Shown in pieces: positions 1 through 9,434 of a DNA stretch of 64,000 nt. This stretch comes from an uncultured Gammaproteobacteria bacterium (GTDB taxonomy: Bacteria; Patescibacteriota; Microgenomatia; Levybacterales; UBA12049). The position numbers were made by a program, and so were the translations under genes. Position 1 is the first letter of the stretch. Every line of letters begins with the position of its first letter. The notes under the pieces were generated by a model. That model did not search any database and was not told the origin of the DNA. It saw only the letters and a program-made list of their open reading frames with translations. The stretch lies in contig CAZEJU010000004.1 of the NCBI GenBank assembly GCA_964512695.1, positions 12,656 through 76,655 on the forward strand, given 5' to 3'.

Positions 1-1005
1 CATTTTACTTTTTAAAACTGTGTAAATACCAATAAGAAAAAAGGGTAATTCTATAAGATAAAATTGACCGAAGTTTCCAATCCCATGATTACCATGCTCA
101 GATCCACTTATAAAAAATGCTGTGACTGAAAAGTATGATGCAATATGTATAAGATACTGCCATGCTGTCAATAAAAATGTATTAAAAAATATTTTTCCAA
201 AAACATCAGGTAGAGGTACTACATACGAACGTAATTCTAAAAGTGGAGCTTGGACTCGAGCACTAGAAAAAATAAGTGTTCCTCCCGCTGAAGACACTCC
301 TCCTTGCTGAAAGAATGTAAGTATAAAAGGTATAAGGAAAATAACTGATGTAATAGCTGTAATGATTACCTCTTTTTTTCGAATAAAACCTCTATCTTTT
401 CTGAAATATACTAAGAATAGTCCCCATAACGCAGGTGCTAATAATCGAGTCAGATTATATGAATAGAAAGAAATAATAAAACACAAAGTACCTATGAGAA
501 AGAAACCAGTTCGTTTTTTTGTGAAAGCCAATAATAAAAGAAAACCTCCCAGCACAAACAGAAATAATGAAATGCTGACTTCGAATGTTGCTCTATTATA
601 ATGAAGATGCCATGGATTTATTGCTAACAAACCAGTAGCAATTAAAGAAAGTTTTTCATTATTAGAAGATTTTTTAATGAAAACATAGAAAACTATTACA
701 GTTAGGAAGCCAAAAAAAGCAGAGGGAAATCTTACAGCAAACTCAGTCATACCGAAAAGCATTATTGAGGGTATGGTCACATAAATGTACACCGGAAGTT
801 TATAATCTCCAAACGATTTAAAGTATAGAGGCATTGTCTGACCGTATTCATCTTTCCCAGTTTCTATAATTGAAAAAGCGTTATAACCGATAGCTGATTC
901 ATCCTGGTAAAAACCGTACGGTATTTCACCTAGCATGTTAAAACGCAGGATAAATGCAATTAAGAAAATAATTACTAATGCTAATATCTCTAGTTTATTT
1001 CTCAT
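1..1005 (-). CDS. GT-C fold glycosyltransferase, GT39/ArnT-like (N-terminal part only; gene runs off the left edge)
   Basis: My own translation of the minus strand from an ATG at 1005 is stop-free down to coordinate 1: MRNKLEILALVIIFLIAFILRFNMLGEIPYGFYQDESAIGYNAFSIIETGKDEYGQTMPLYFKSFGDYKLPVYIY... The DE-containing first loop followed by multiple TM helices is typical of the PMT_2/ArnT family. The ORF track does not list it because no stop lies inside the window. Its start overlaps the stop of the next gene by 11 nt. Confidence 0.6.
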   Translation of the reverse strand, partial: MRNKLEILALVIIFLIAFILRFNMLGEIPYGFYQDESAIGYNAFSIIETGKDEYGQTMPLYFKSFGDYKLPVYIYVTIPSIMLFGMTEFAVRFPSAFFGFLTVIVFYVFIKKSSNNEKLSLIATGLLAINPWHLHYNRATFEVSISLFLFVLGGFLLLLAFTKKRTGFFLIGTLCFIISFYSYNLTRLLAPALWGLFLVYFRKDRGFIRKKEVIITAITSVIFLIPFILTFFQQGGVSSAGGTLIFSSARVQAPLLELRSYVVPLPDVFGKIFFNTFLLTAWQYLIHIASYFSVTAFFISGSEHGNHGIGNFGQFYLIELPFFLIGIYTVLKSKM

Positions 1006-3352
1006 ATATTTCTGATTTCTTTAAAATGAGTCCAAAAAACAGAAGAGCTATACAACTTATTATAGTGATTCTTGCTCCCCATTGGAAAGACTGTGGATTA
1101 TATGTAAAAATAATTTCATGCTCACCATCCGGTACAACTATTGCTCGAAAAGTATAATTCGCACGCAAAACTTCTACCTGTTTATTATCAACCATTGCTT
1201 GCCAACCAGGATAATATGCATCTGATAAAAATAACAATCGCTTTTTTTGATTCGTGGTTTTTAAATGAACACTATTAGGTCGATACGAAATAATAGTGAC
1301 TTTATCATCTTTATTAGCTGTTCCTAACTCTCCTATTTCTTTCTCCAGAAGTATTATTCTTTTCGAAGTAAAATTTTCTGCAAAAAATTTCTCTTCAAAT
1401 TCTTTATCTGTACGGAACACTTGATAGCCTTCTGCAAAAAACACCCTAGGTAAAGCATTCTTATTTTCATAAATTCTCCAACCATTTTGATTATATTGCT
1501 GAGAAAAACGACTTGGATTAAATGTTTTTTCTGTACTACCGTTTTCTGCTCGGTCTAGAATAGAGTTAACACCTAATACATCTATAATTCGTAATCTATA
1601 AAGGTTTTCACTTAATTCACCTTCAGAGGTAATAATTGCATCAGACCTCGTTCGGTTAGTAAAATTTGTAATTAACTTCCCCTTCTCAGCTGACTGAATA
1701 AATGCTCCATATCTTCGAGAATATAATGGGTCATATCCATCTACCGCGAAAAGAGAATACTGTGTAGCGTAGTTTGGTTCTATACCAGCAGCTTTATATC
1801 CCCAAAACCTTCCGCGATTATTATCTAACTCATCAATAACCTTAGCTGTTGGAAACACAAGTTCTTTTGGAATAAAAGGGTTAAATTTATGGAAAAAATA
1901 AAAAAGATCTAGTACAGTTACACAGATAAATAAATAAAGAATTACTTTTTTAAGTCTAATAAAATAAGTACTTAAGAAAAACATTGATAAAAAAGCTATC
2001 AAAAGACTGCTTGAAAATAATATGTTTTTTACAGAAGGTGTTTTACTTGAGAGTAATAATCCAAGTATTAATAAAACAGAAAAAACTGAAACTGAGAGCA
2101 ATAAGTATCTTCCATGTATTTTTTTATTTTCTTTCTGCCAATATTCATAACCAAAACCCGCAAGAATAGCCAAACTAAAACTTATAAGAAAAATGGAATT
2201 TGTGGGTGAACTTGTAGATATAAATGGAATTTGTAATCTATACAGTAATTCTGTAAAGGGCGATCGTACGAGAAAGAGCAATAATAGGGCAATAGTTATG
2301 GTAAAAAAACGCTTATGATAATTATTTTTATTATGTACCAAGGTAAATAATCCAAAAAGAAAAGGAATAACACCTATATAGAGAGCCTTACCAGGATATG
2401 GATCGTTAAGAAGATAGTTTCTCGTCGCGGGATTGCCAAAAAAATCAGGAATAAAGAACATGATAAGTTGATAAGGCTGAATCAACAATATATTAATAAG
2501 AAAGTCATATTCCTGAGATACTCTAGCAGCATTATTAAGTAGTTCTAAAGTAGGTAAAAATTGTATAGCACATATACCTATAACTAATAAAAATAAGAAA
2601 AAGAGGAATCCCGCATAAAGTATTTTTTTTCCTTGCTTTCTCTTAAGGATACCTAGTAAAGCGTAGATAACTACAAAAGAAAATACTAATGCTGAAAGTT
2701 GTAAATGCCCTGCAAGAAAAGAAAATACCAGACTACCTATTAACATGATTACAGAAGTGTATCGTACTTTTTCTAGTAAATTTTCAGTCGCGAACAGTGC
2801 GAAAGGTAACCATAAAATTGCATGATTAATCGTATTATATTCAAGAAAAACAATCATAAATAACGAAAAACTAAATGCAAATGCAGAAAGAAATGAAGAG
2901 AAAGCATTTAATCCTAGTTTTCTTGCATATAAAAAAGTTCCTATCCCTGCTAAAAAAGGTTGTAAAAAAATAAGAAGTGTCCAAGCAACAATTTGTGAGA
3001 AAAACATATAAAAAGCAGAGAATGGATAGAAAACAGCTGACTGATAATTGGCAAGAAGAGGACTCCCAGAAAAATTATAGGGATTCCATAAAGGTATTTC
3101 ACCATTTTTTATCATAGAAACAGTTAATGTTTTCCATGGATAAATTTGCCGGATAGTATCAAAGTATTGCGCTTTATTCGGGTAAGAACCAGGATTATAT
3201 CCTAGATAAGAATAAGTTTTCCAAGGACTATATTCTGCGACTAATAAGTCTCCAGGAAACGGTATAAGACCAAATAAAATTGTCTTATAAAAAAAAACTA
3301 ATGTGATAAGTAAAAAAACAACAAAAAAAATAAGTAATTCTCTGTGTTTCAT
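995..3352 (-). CDS. YfhO-family integral membrane glycosyltransferase (GT-C)
   Basis: 785 aa polytopic membrane protein. The N-terminal block ...GEIPLWNPYNFSGSPLLANYQSAVFYPF... matches the conserved YfhO signature. Its start overlaps the upstream gene's stop by 4 nt (ATGA). Confidence 0.7.
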   Translation of the reverse strand: MKHRELLIFFVVFLLITLVFFYKTILFGLIPFPGDLLVAEYSPWKTYSYLGYNPGSYPNKAQYFDTIRQIYPWKTLTVSMIKNGEIPLWNPYNFSGSPLLANYQSAVFYPFSAFYMFFSQIVAWTLLIFLQPFLAGIGTFLYARKLGLNAFSSFLSAFAFSFSLFMIVFLEYNTINHAILWLPFALFATENLLEKVRYTSVIMLIGSLVFSFLAGHLQLSALVFSFVVIYALLGILKRKQGKKILYAGFLFFLFLLVIGICAIQFLPTLELLNNAARVSQEYDFLINILLIQPYQLIMFFIPDFFGNPATRNYLLNDPYPGKALYIGVIPFLFGLFTLVHNKNNYHKRFFTITIALLLLFLVRSPFTELLYRLQIPFISTSSPTNSIFLISFSLAILAGFGYEYWQKENKKIHGRYLLLSVSVFSVLLILGLLLSSKTPSVKNILFSSSLLIAFLSMFFLSTYFIRLKKVILYLFICVTVLDLFYFFHKFNPFIPKELVFPTAKVIDELDNNRGRFWGYKAAGIEPNYATQYSLFAVDGYDPLYSRRYGAFIQSAEKGKLITNFTNRTRSDAIITSEGELSENLYRLRIIDVLGVNSILDRAENGSTEKTFNPSRFSQQYNQNGWRIYENKNALPRVFFAEGYQVFRTDKEFEEKFFAENFTSKRIILLEKEIGELGTANKDDKVTIISYRPNSVHLKTTNQKKRLLFLSDAYYPGWQAMVDNKQVEVLRANYTFRAIVVPDGEHEIIFTYNPQSFQWGARITIISCIALLFFGLILKKSEIYEK

Positions 3353-4983
3353 TTTGTTTTTAGTCTACCTCTGCTCGAATAATATACAAATAAAACAAAA
3401 AGAAGAAATGCAGTTAGGAAAGAAGTAATATTTGTTACCAATCGTAATTTTGTTTCACTAAATATAAGTTTCACTGTATGTATTCCTTTCGGTACAGAGA
3501 AAACTATTTCTCCTCTATGGTTTGGGTCTTGGAATTGGATATCAGTCTTTGTCTTATCATTAATATAAACTTCCCATCCAGGAAAATACTGTGTATTACT
3601 TACTAAAGAAACATTTGTATCTGCATGAATAGTAAATGTCTGAATATGATTTTGTTTTTTAAAGTTTTCTATTTTACCTTTTCCGCCTATTATTTCTATT
3701 CTATCTTTAGGATATGTCTTAGCTGGTCCAGCTGACCATATAACATCTGTTTCACCATAATATGTAGTATTTAAAGGAAAATTCCAGTAATATTCTTCGT
3801 CAACCTTATCAAAACCCAAAGATGGATTCCAGTACCATACACTGGAAAGAATAGTGAGAACTATTAATAGTATATAAACACTTCTTCTTTTAATAATATC
3901 TAGATAAAAGTATCCCACCGCAGCTAAAGACGTAGAAAAAACAGCTACAGCTAAAAAACGCCAAGGGAACTGGAATTGACGAAGTAAACTTATTTGCTCC
4001 CATAATAATTTTGAAAGAGGAGACATAAAAAAGAACGTTATAATAAGTAGAAAAACAATAAATATTTTTAAATTTTTTGTGGTCTTTTCCTTATTTTTAA
4101 ATTTCAATAGTAAAAGAATTCCAATAATATGAAATAAACCCAACTGTACAGATATACCACCTGTCTGTAACGATTCAGCATTTATGAAATTGGGTATAAA
4201 AAATTTGTAGAGAGGTGCGAAATGTTCTAAATAAAGATTCTTCATGAATAAATTTCCATATGTATATTTATGCTCCACAATAGCAGGTAACCAATAATAC
4301 ATCGATAAGAATAACCCAATTATAAGAGATAGAAATCCCATCAAGCGTTCTTTCCATGTTCTGATTATGAATAATAAGAATAACGCAGCAATACCAAAAA
4401 ACATCAGACTTACTGAATTATGAGAAAGAATTAATAATGCTGTTGCTGCTGCTGTTAGAATAAAGTAGTTAATTTTTTTCGTTTTTTCCAACTGTACTAA
4501 ACCATATAAAATCCAAGGTAAAAAAGAGTAAGTAAACACTTCTCCGAAACTTCCCCTGATAAATAATTCAATAAGGCGAAACGTCGCGAACTGATAAAAA
4601 ATAGTAATGAGAAAAGCTTTCTTCTTATCATGAAACAAGGCATTCGAGAATAAATACATGCCAACTCCTGATAAAAGATAACTCACGAGAAGTGTAAGTT
4701 TAAATGCTACAACCAAACCCGTTCCCAAAAAGAGAAATATGGAAGCAATAATGTATGGCATATGGTAAACAAAGTTAAACAACGGCATACCATATCCATA
4801 ATTAAGATCCCCTGCCCATCGTACAGGAATATGTCCGGTCATTAGCGCTTTATAAAACGCAGCCATGCGAGGAAGATGTACCAAACCATCATGTGTATGT
4901 GGCAGCTCTGAAGTTATAAAAATAGGAATAAATGGAAGAATTGATAGAACAATTATCAAAAAATATTCTCGAGAGATTTTCAT
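3349..4983 (-). CDS. PTPS-related-domain polytopic membrane protein, putative GT-C glycosyltransferase
   Basis: 544 aa. HTHDGLVHLPRMAAFYKAL at the N-terminus, many TM helices and a large C-terminal extracytoplasmic domain. 4-nt overlap with the upstream gene. Confidence 0.5.
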   Translation of the reverse strand: MKISREYFLIIVLSILPFIPIFITSELPHTHDGLVHLPRMAAFYKALMTGHIPVRWAGDLNYGYGMPLFNFVYHMPYIIASIFLFLGTGLVVAFKLTLLVSYLLSGVGMYLFSNALFHDKKKAFLITIFYQFATFRLIELFIRGSFGEVFTYSFLPWILYGLVQLEKTKKINYFILTAAATALLILSHNSVSLMFFGIAALFLLFIIRTWKERLMGFLSLIIGLFLSMYYWLPAIVEHKYTYGNLFMKNLYLEHFAPLYKFFIPNFINAESLQTGGISVQLGLFHIIGILLLLKFKNKEKTTKNLKIFIVFLLIITFFFMSPLSKLLWEQISLLRQFQFPWRFLAVAVFSTSLAAVGYFYLDIIKRRSVYILLIVLTILSSVWYWNPSLGFDKVDEEYYWNFPLNTTYYGETDVIWSAGPAKTYPKDRIEIIGGKGKIENFKKQNHIQTFTIHADTNVSLVSNTQYFPGWEVYINDKTKTDIQFQDPNHRGEIVFSVPKGIHTVKLIFSETKLRLVTNITSFLTAFLLFVLFVYYSSRGRLKTK

Positions 4984-6497
4984 GGATTAACTTTATAAAT
5001 GATCAAATAACGGTCTACGTTTACTTTTTTATATCTAACTTTCTCCTCTAAAGGCCATGAATCTGGTGCGTCACCCGGAAACTCACATAAGTGACATGGT
5101 TGGTAAAATGCTATATATGTAGGCATCTTTTTCGCGGTAGTAATGATTTCTGTAGAAGGAGCATCTTCTACGGGCCAAATCCCTTTTACTATGAATGAGT
5201 CATCTTTTCGTGTATACACTTCATAGGCATAAGGCATCAATCCAAATGTTCCTTGGGTATACAATGTAATCCTTTTCCCTTTTTCAAGATTTTTAAGAAA
5301 CTTTATTGACTCCTTTATCCCAGTACCTGATGGCCAGTCATTATTGTACTGATCTCTATCTGATTTAGGAATTTGTGCATGAGCAAAATCCGTCAAAACT
5401 TGAAAAAACGTCCATAACGGGACTATCAGGAATGTTACTATAAGAATAGAGGCAATTGCTTTATTTTTTATCATAAAGTACATCTCATAGAGGGCCAATG
5501 CCACAAGTGGTAATAACGATAAAGTCATGAAAAATATATACCGAGGATAGAGTGTATTGCCAAAAAGGGCTAAAGCGAAAAAAGGGGCGGCAAACCAGGT
5601 GAATAACAATAATTTTTCCTTAAAATACTCTTTTTTTACTACAAAAGATAGAATAGTAAGAAGAAGAAAAGGATATGACAAATAACGAATTAACCAATCC
5701 CGCATACCCACCCAAAGATTACCCCAGAAGTATGTGAAAGGATGTTGAAGCCATTCTTTAAAGGGGTAAACAAAAATAGCATTTTTCTGTCCGATAATAT
5801 AGTAAAAAGGAGATAAACGTAAAATAGCATACATGCTATACGTTAATAAAATAGCAACTACACATAAAGCTCCCCATTTAAAAAATTTTTTAAAAACTTT
5901 CTTATCTTTCCAGGAAAATAAGAGTAAAGAAAGAGGTATTAAATATAAAGTAAAAAATCCATTTGATTTATTTAATACGCCTAATCCACTCACAATACCT
6001 AATAGAAGAGCTATGTCTAATCGTATATAGCGGACTAATAATATAACTAAATATAATCCCCAAACAGCAAAAGTGCCTACAAGAGAATCATAAAGCGCCA
6101 TCCTATCATAAACAAGGGAAAATGGATAAAAAACATATAACGCAGATGTTACTATAGCTATCTTTTTACTTTTAAAAAGCTCATTAGTTAAACTAAATAA
6201 ACCAATGATGGTAAAAAAACCAGCGAAAACAGAAACAATCCTACCGGCAAAAAGTGGATCACTAAATAGCCTTACGCTTATCATAGCCATCCAAATAAAT
6301 AATGGCTGTTTTCCATCTGTTAAAGAAATAAAACGCCAATTTGCATCTTGAGAAGCCACTTGCGCCCAATGAATATAAATAGCTTCATCTGTAAATATGG
6401 GTAGGGAGAGTAATGTCGTAAGACGAGTTATAAAATAAATACTAATAAGTAAAAAAGAAATACCTACAGGCCAGGAGTACCGCTTTAAATAATACAT
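4980..6497 (-). CDS. GT39/GT83-family (ArnT/PMT-like) membrane glycosyltransferase
   Basis: 505 aa. N-terminal LPIFTDEAIYIHWA (the DE/DEA catalytic loop of ArnT/PMT enzymes) followed by about 11 predicted TM helices. Confidence 0.65.
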   Translation of the reverse strand: MYYLKRYSWPVGISFLLISIYFITRLTTLLSLPIFTDEAIYIHWAQVASQDANWRFISLTDGKQPLFIWMAMISVRLFSDPLFAGRIVSVFAGFFTIIGLFSLTNELFKSKKIAIVTSALYVFYPFSLVYDRMALYDSLVGTFAVWGLYLVILLVRYIRLDIALLLGIVSGLGVLNKSNGFFTLYLIPLSLLLFSWKDKKVFKKFFKWGALCVVAILLTYSMYAILRLSPFYYIIGQKNAIFVYPFKEWLQHPFTYFWGNLWVGMRDWLIRYLSYPFLLLTILSFVVKKEYFKEKLLLFTWFAAPFFALALFGNTLYPRYIFFMTLSLLPLVALALYEMYFMIKNKAIASILIVTFLIVPLWTFFQVLTDFAHAQIPKSDRDQYNNDWPSGTGIKESIKFLKNLEKGKRITLYTQGTFGLMPYAYEVYTRKDDSFIVKGIWPVEDAPSTEIITTAKKMPTYIAFYQPCHLCEFPGDAPDSWPLEEKVRYKKVNVDRYLIIYKVNP

Positions 6498-6538
6498 ATA
6501 GAACGATTATACGAAAGGCTAAAACGAGAAGCAAATTA

Positions 6539-7711
6539 TTATGTTTTCCTGTAAAAAATAAGACATGAAATAAGAGAAAATACTATAGTAACACTATAGA
6601 TAGCTTTCAAAATATCGGGTACAGGTTTATCCCAATTACCAAAATACAAATAAGGCACATATGTTAACAATGCACCGAAGCTTAATACTATTCCAGGTGT
6701 GGAAAGAAAAGGTTTAAACGCTAAAAGTGCTATGAAAGGAAGAACAAATATGAGATACCATGGCTGAAAATTACCGGAATGTTGCGATGCTGCAAGCACT
6801 CCTAAAAACATACAGATAATTAAGCTCGATATAAATGAAAGCCAAGGAATTTTCTCTCTTATCATTTGCATGACTATTATGGCTAAAAAAATAGGAAAAA
6901 GAAAAATCGTTACATATTTTATTCCAATGGAGAGAACAAAAAATAAAAACGATTTCCAATACTTTTTCTCAAGTATAAAATATAAACTTGCTAATGCAAA
7001 AAACATCATCACAGTATCATGGTGAGCAGAGACAAGAGATTCGATGATTACGAGAGGATTTAATCCCCAAAAAATCAAAGCCGTTAACTCATTTCCTGGC
7101 GAAATTTTCTTAATAATTTTCTGAATATAATAAATGCTTCCTATATAACCTGCCACAACCACAGCCTTAAACAATATTAACGTTAATAAAAATATTTGGA
7201 TACCAAAATATGATAATGGGATGCTTAAAAGAAGCCATGTCGGACCGTAGGGAAATGTTCTGTGTGTCCAATGCATAAAACTGAGCATAGGATCAGCAGG
7301 GAAATCAAGTGCTTTATGTTCATATGGATTTTTTCCATAATACGTCAGAATCTTAGCATCAAAAATATAATTAAATACGTCATAAGAAAATGCCGGATAT
7401 GATAATAATAACAAAGCACAAATTAAAAAAATTATTTTCCATACATCCTTCGTATCTTTAAAAGTTTTTTTCGCATTTCGAAGTAAAAATATATATGTAA
7501 TAAAAAGTAATAGTAAAATACCGATAAACAAAGCCGTAGCAAGTGGCCGATTAAAAAAACCTATTTGTTGAAAAGAACGTTGTATTGAGAATAAGGATGG
7601 ATACTTCGTTAAAGCAAGACCAAGTGAAATTTGAGTAAATGAATAGAAAAACAATCCGATAATAGCAAATAGATAGAAAAAAAGTGCTTTAGAGGAAAAA
7701 ATATTCTTCAT
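6539..7711 (-). CDS. polytopic membrane protein, possible glycan polymerase or additional GT-C member
   Basis: 390 aa, highly hydrophobic, in the same operon-like block as the GT genes. No motif that I can assign with confidence. Confidence 0.35.
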   Translation of the reverse strand: MKNIFSSKALFFYLFAIIGLFFYSFTQISLGLALTKYPSLFSIQRSFQQIGFFNRPLATALFIGILLLLFITYIFLLRNAKKTFKDTKDVWKIIFLICALLLLSYPAFSYDVFNYIFDAKILTYYGKNPYEHKALDFPADPMLSFMHWTHRTFPYGPTWLLLSIPLSYFGIQIFLLTLILFKAVVVAGYIGSIYYIQKIIKKISPGNELTALIFWGLNPLVIIESLVSAHHDTVMMFFALASLYFILEKKYWKSFLFFVLSIGIKYVTIFLFPIFLAIIVMQMIREKIPWLSFISSLIICMFLGVLAASQHSGNFQPWYLIFVLPFIALLAFKPFLSTPGIVLSFGALLTYVPYLYFGNWDKPVPDILKAIYSVTIVFSLISCLIFYRKT

Positions 7712-7713
7712 AT

Positions 7714-8469
7714 TTATGCATATTTCCCTGCCAGATCGTTTCTTTTTATACGAATTAGGTCTAAAACTCCCTCTATAGAATCTCTCACTGGACTTACGCG
7801 GCGAGTTTCCACATACAACCAGTTTACTGGTACTTCTTTAATTGTGTAGCCTGATTTACTTGCGATATAGAGCAATTCCATATCAAACCCTGCTTTTACC
7901 GAAGAACCTTTAATTGCTTTATACCCGTCATGTATGTCCTTAACTTTAGCAAAAAGTTTATGTGCCACATCATGTTTAAATGCTTTAAAACCACACTGTG
8001 TATCTTTAATCTCAGACTGTCCGAGAATCAACTTGCGCAGTAATATGGCAGAACGTGCCATAATAATTCTAGAAAGAGGGGCTCCTTCACGATTAGTATC
8101 TCGAGACCCTATAACAATATCAAAATCTTTTTCGAACTCAGGAAGTACTTTATCGATTTCTTCAATAGGAGTTGCCTGATCCATATCAGTAAATAAAATT
8201 ATGCTACCCTTTGCACTAAGCACGCCTTTCGTTACAGCTCCAGCTTTACCCATATGTTCACTCGTAATTAAACGAAAATGAGGATATTCTTTTACAAATT
8301 TTTTAATAAAATCAACACTTCCATCGGTAGAGCCATCATCAACTATGATTACTTCATAAGAATATTTCTGCTTACTTAGAAAGTGTTCGACTTTATCGAG
8401 GACTCCTTTACGAAGATTAGCCAATTCATCGTAACAAGGAATGATAACTGAAAGGAATGGTTGTTTCAT
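7714..8469 (-). CDS. GT2-family polyprenyl-phosphate glycosyltransferase (DPM1/GtrB/CsbB-like)
   Basis: LSVIIPCYDE...IIVDDGSTDGS...FTDMDQATP are the classic GT-A/GT2 motifs of dolichyl- or undecaprenyl-phosphate sugar synthases. It is the first gene of the GT cluster on the minus strand. Confidence 0.8.
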   Translation of the reverse strand: MKQPFLSVIIPCYDELANLRKGVLDKVEHFLSKQKYSYEVIIVDDGSTDGSVDFIKKFVKEYPHFRLITSEHMGKAGAVTKGVLSAKGSIILFTDMDQATPIEEIDKVLPEFEKDFDIVIGSRDTNREGAPLSRIIMARSAILLRKLILGQSEIKDTQCGFKAFKHDVAHKLFAKVKDIHDGYKAIKGSSVKAGFDMELLYIASKSGYTIKEVPVNWLYVETRRVSPVRDSIEGVLDLIRIKRNDLAGKYA

Positions 8470-8824
8470 CTTTGACAGGATTTAATCTGCATAAGCTCAT
8501 TAATATGAGATCATGAAGAGTCATATCTATTATACACCAACATTTCTATCTCTACCAAAACTCAGCGAATAATTCTCTGCAACCTCTTACATTACACATG
8601 AAATTTATTTATCAGTTATAACAATGCTCCGTTACTATGAATTTTACAGTAAACTATGGAAGCTGCCGCAGCAGTCGGAGATGACAAAATACAACACAAA
8701 ATGACAGGCTGTATAAACCCTAAGAGCTGGACTCATGGTTCATCATAACAACGCATTGAGTGGTTTAATCGCGGATAGAAATATTGTGATCTTTTCTCAT
8801 GTGATACATTCTATTAAGGAAATA

Positions 8825-9415
8825 TCAATTCCAACGTCTTAGAACTTCATCAAATCTAAACCAGAATTCTGGATAATGTATGTCAATAATTGGTTTCATA
8901 ATTTTAACAGTTTTATGTATATCCTGGTTTCGTAATCGTTGGTTATTCGACATCGCTAAAGAACGAGTGTTGTCTAATTTATCAGCTATTTTTATCTTCA
9001 GTATTTGTTGGTTACCAGACAGAAAAATTTCCCTTGCATATTCTGCCCAGTCTTTTTCTCTTGGACGAGTTAATAATTTTACACCTTCTAGAATTCGTAT
9101 TCCAAATTCTTTCAAAAGCATTTCTTCAGAATATGATGTATCTTCTAAGATATCGTGAAGCACTGCAATAATAATAGTATCACTCTGAACTTCATTCATT
9201 TCTTCACTTAAAATTCGTGGAACTCTCAGAAGATGAACATTTGCTATCCCTACTCCATCCAGTCGAGGTTCACTATGCAATCTTTTTACAAGCTCAACTG
9301 CTTTGTAAATTTTTTCTTTATCTTCTAAGTTCCAAATTTCACTCAGTTTTAATATATAGTCTTTCTGATATTCCCAATTTGTAAACAGTCTTCTGTCAAA
9401 CCAATATGTATTCAT
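8825..9415 (-). CDS. HD-domain (p)ppGpp hydrolase-like protein (RelA/SpoT hydrolase domain only, SAH-like)
   Basis: VHLLRVPRIL...AVLHDILEDT...KIKIADKLDN reproduce the H...HD...D metal-binding residues and the KLADRLHN-like motif of SpoT-type hydrolases. I set the start at the internal ATG (MNTYWFD...) at 9415, because the longer ORF to 9466 would overlap the ABC transporter by 32 nt. The start is uncertain. Confidence 0.55.
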   Translation of the reverse strand: MNTYWFDRRLFTNWEYQKDYILKLSEIWNLEDKEKIYKAVELVKRLHSEPRLDGVGIANVHLLRVPRILSEEMNEVQSDTIIIAVLHDILEDTSYSEEMLLKEFGIRILEGVKLLTRPREKDWAEYAREIFLSGNQQILKIKIADKLDNTRSLAMSNNQRLRNQDIHKTVKIMKPIIDIHYPEFWFRFDEVLRRWN

Positions 9416-9434
9416 ACCGCAATTCGAGTTTGTT

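Noticed and set aside
122-310. 62-aa plus-strand ORF at the left edge
   Set aside because: It lies entirely within the strongly supported minus-strand GT39-like coding region and is an antisense shadow ORF.
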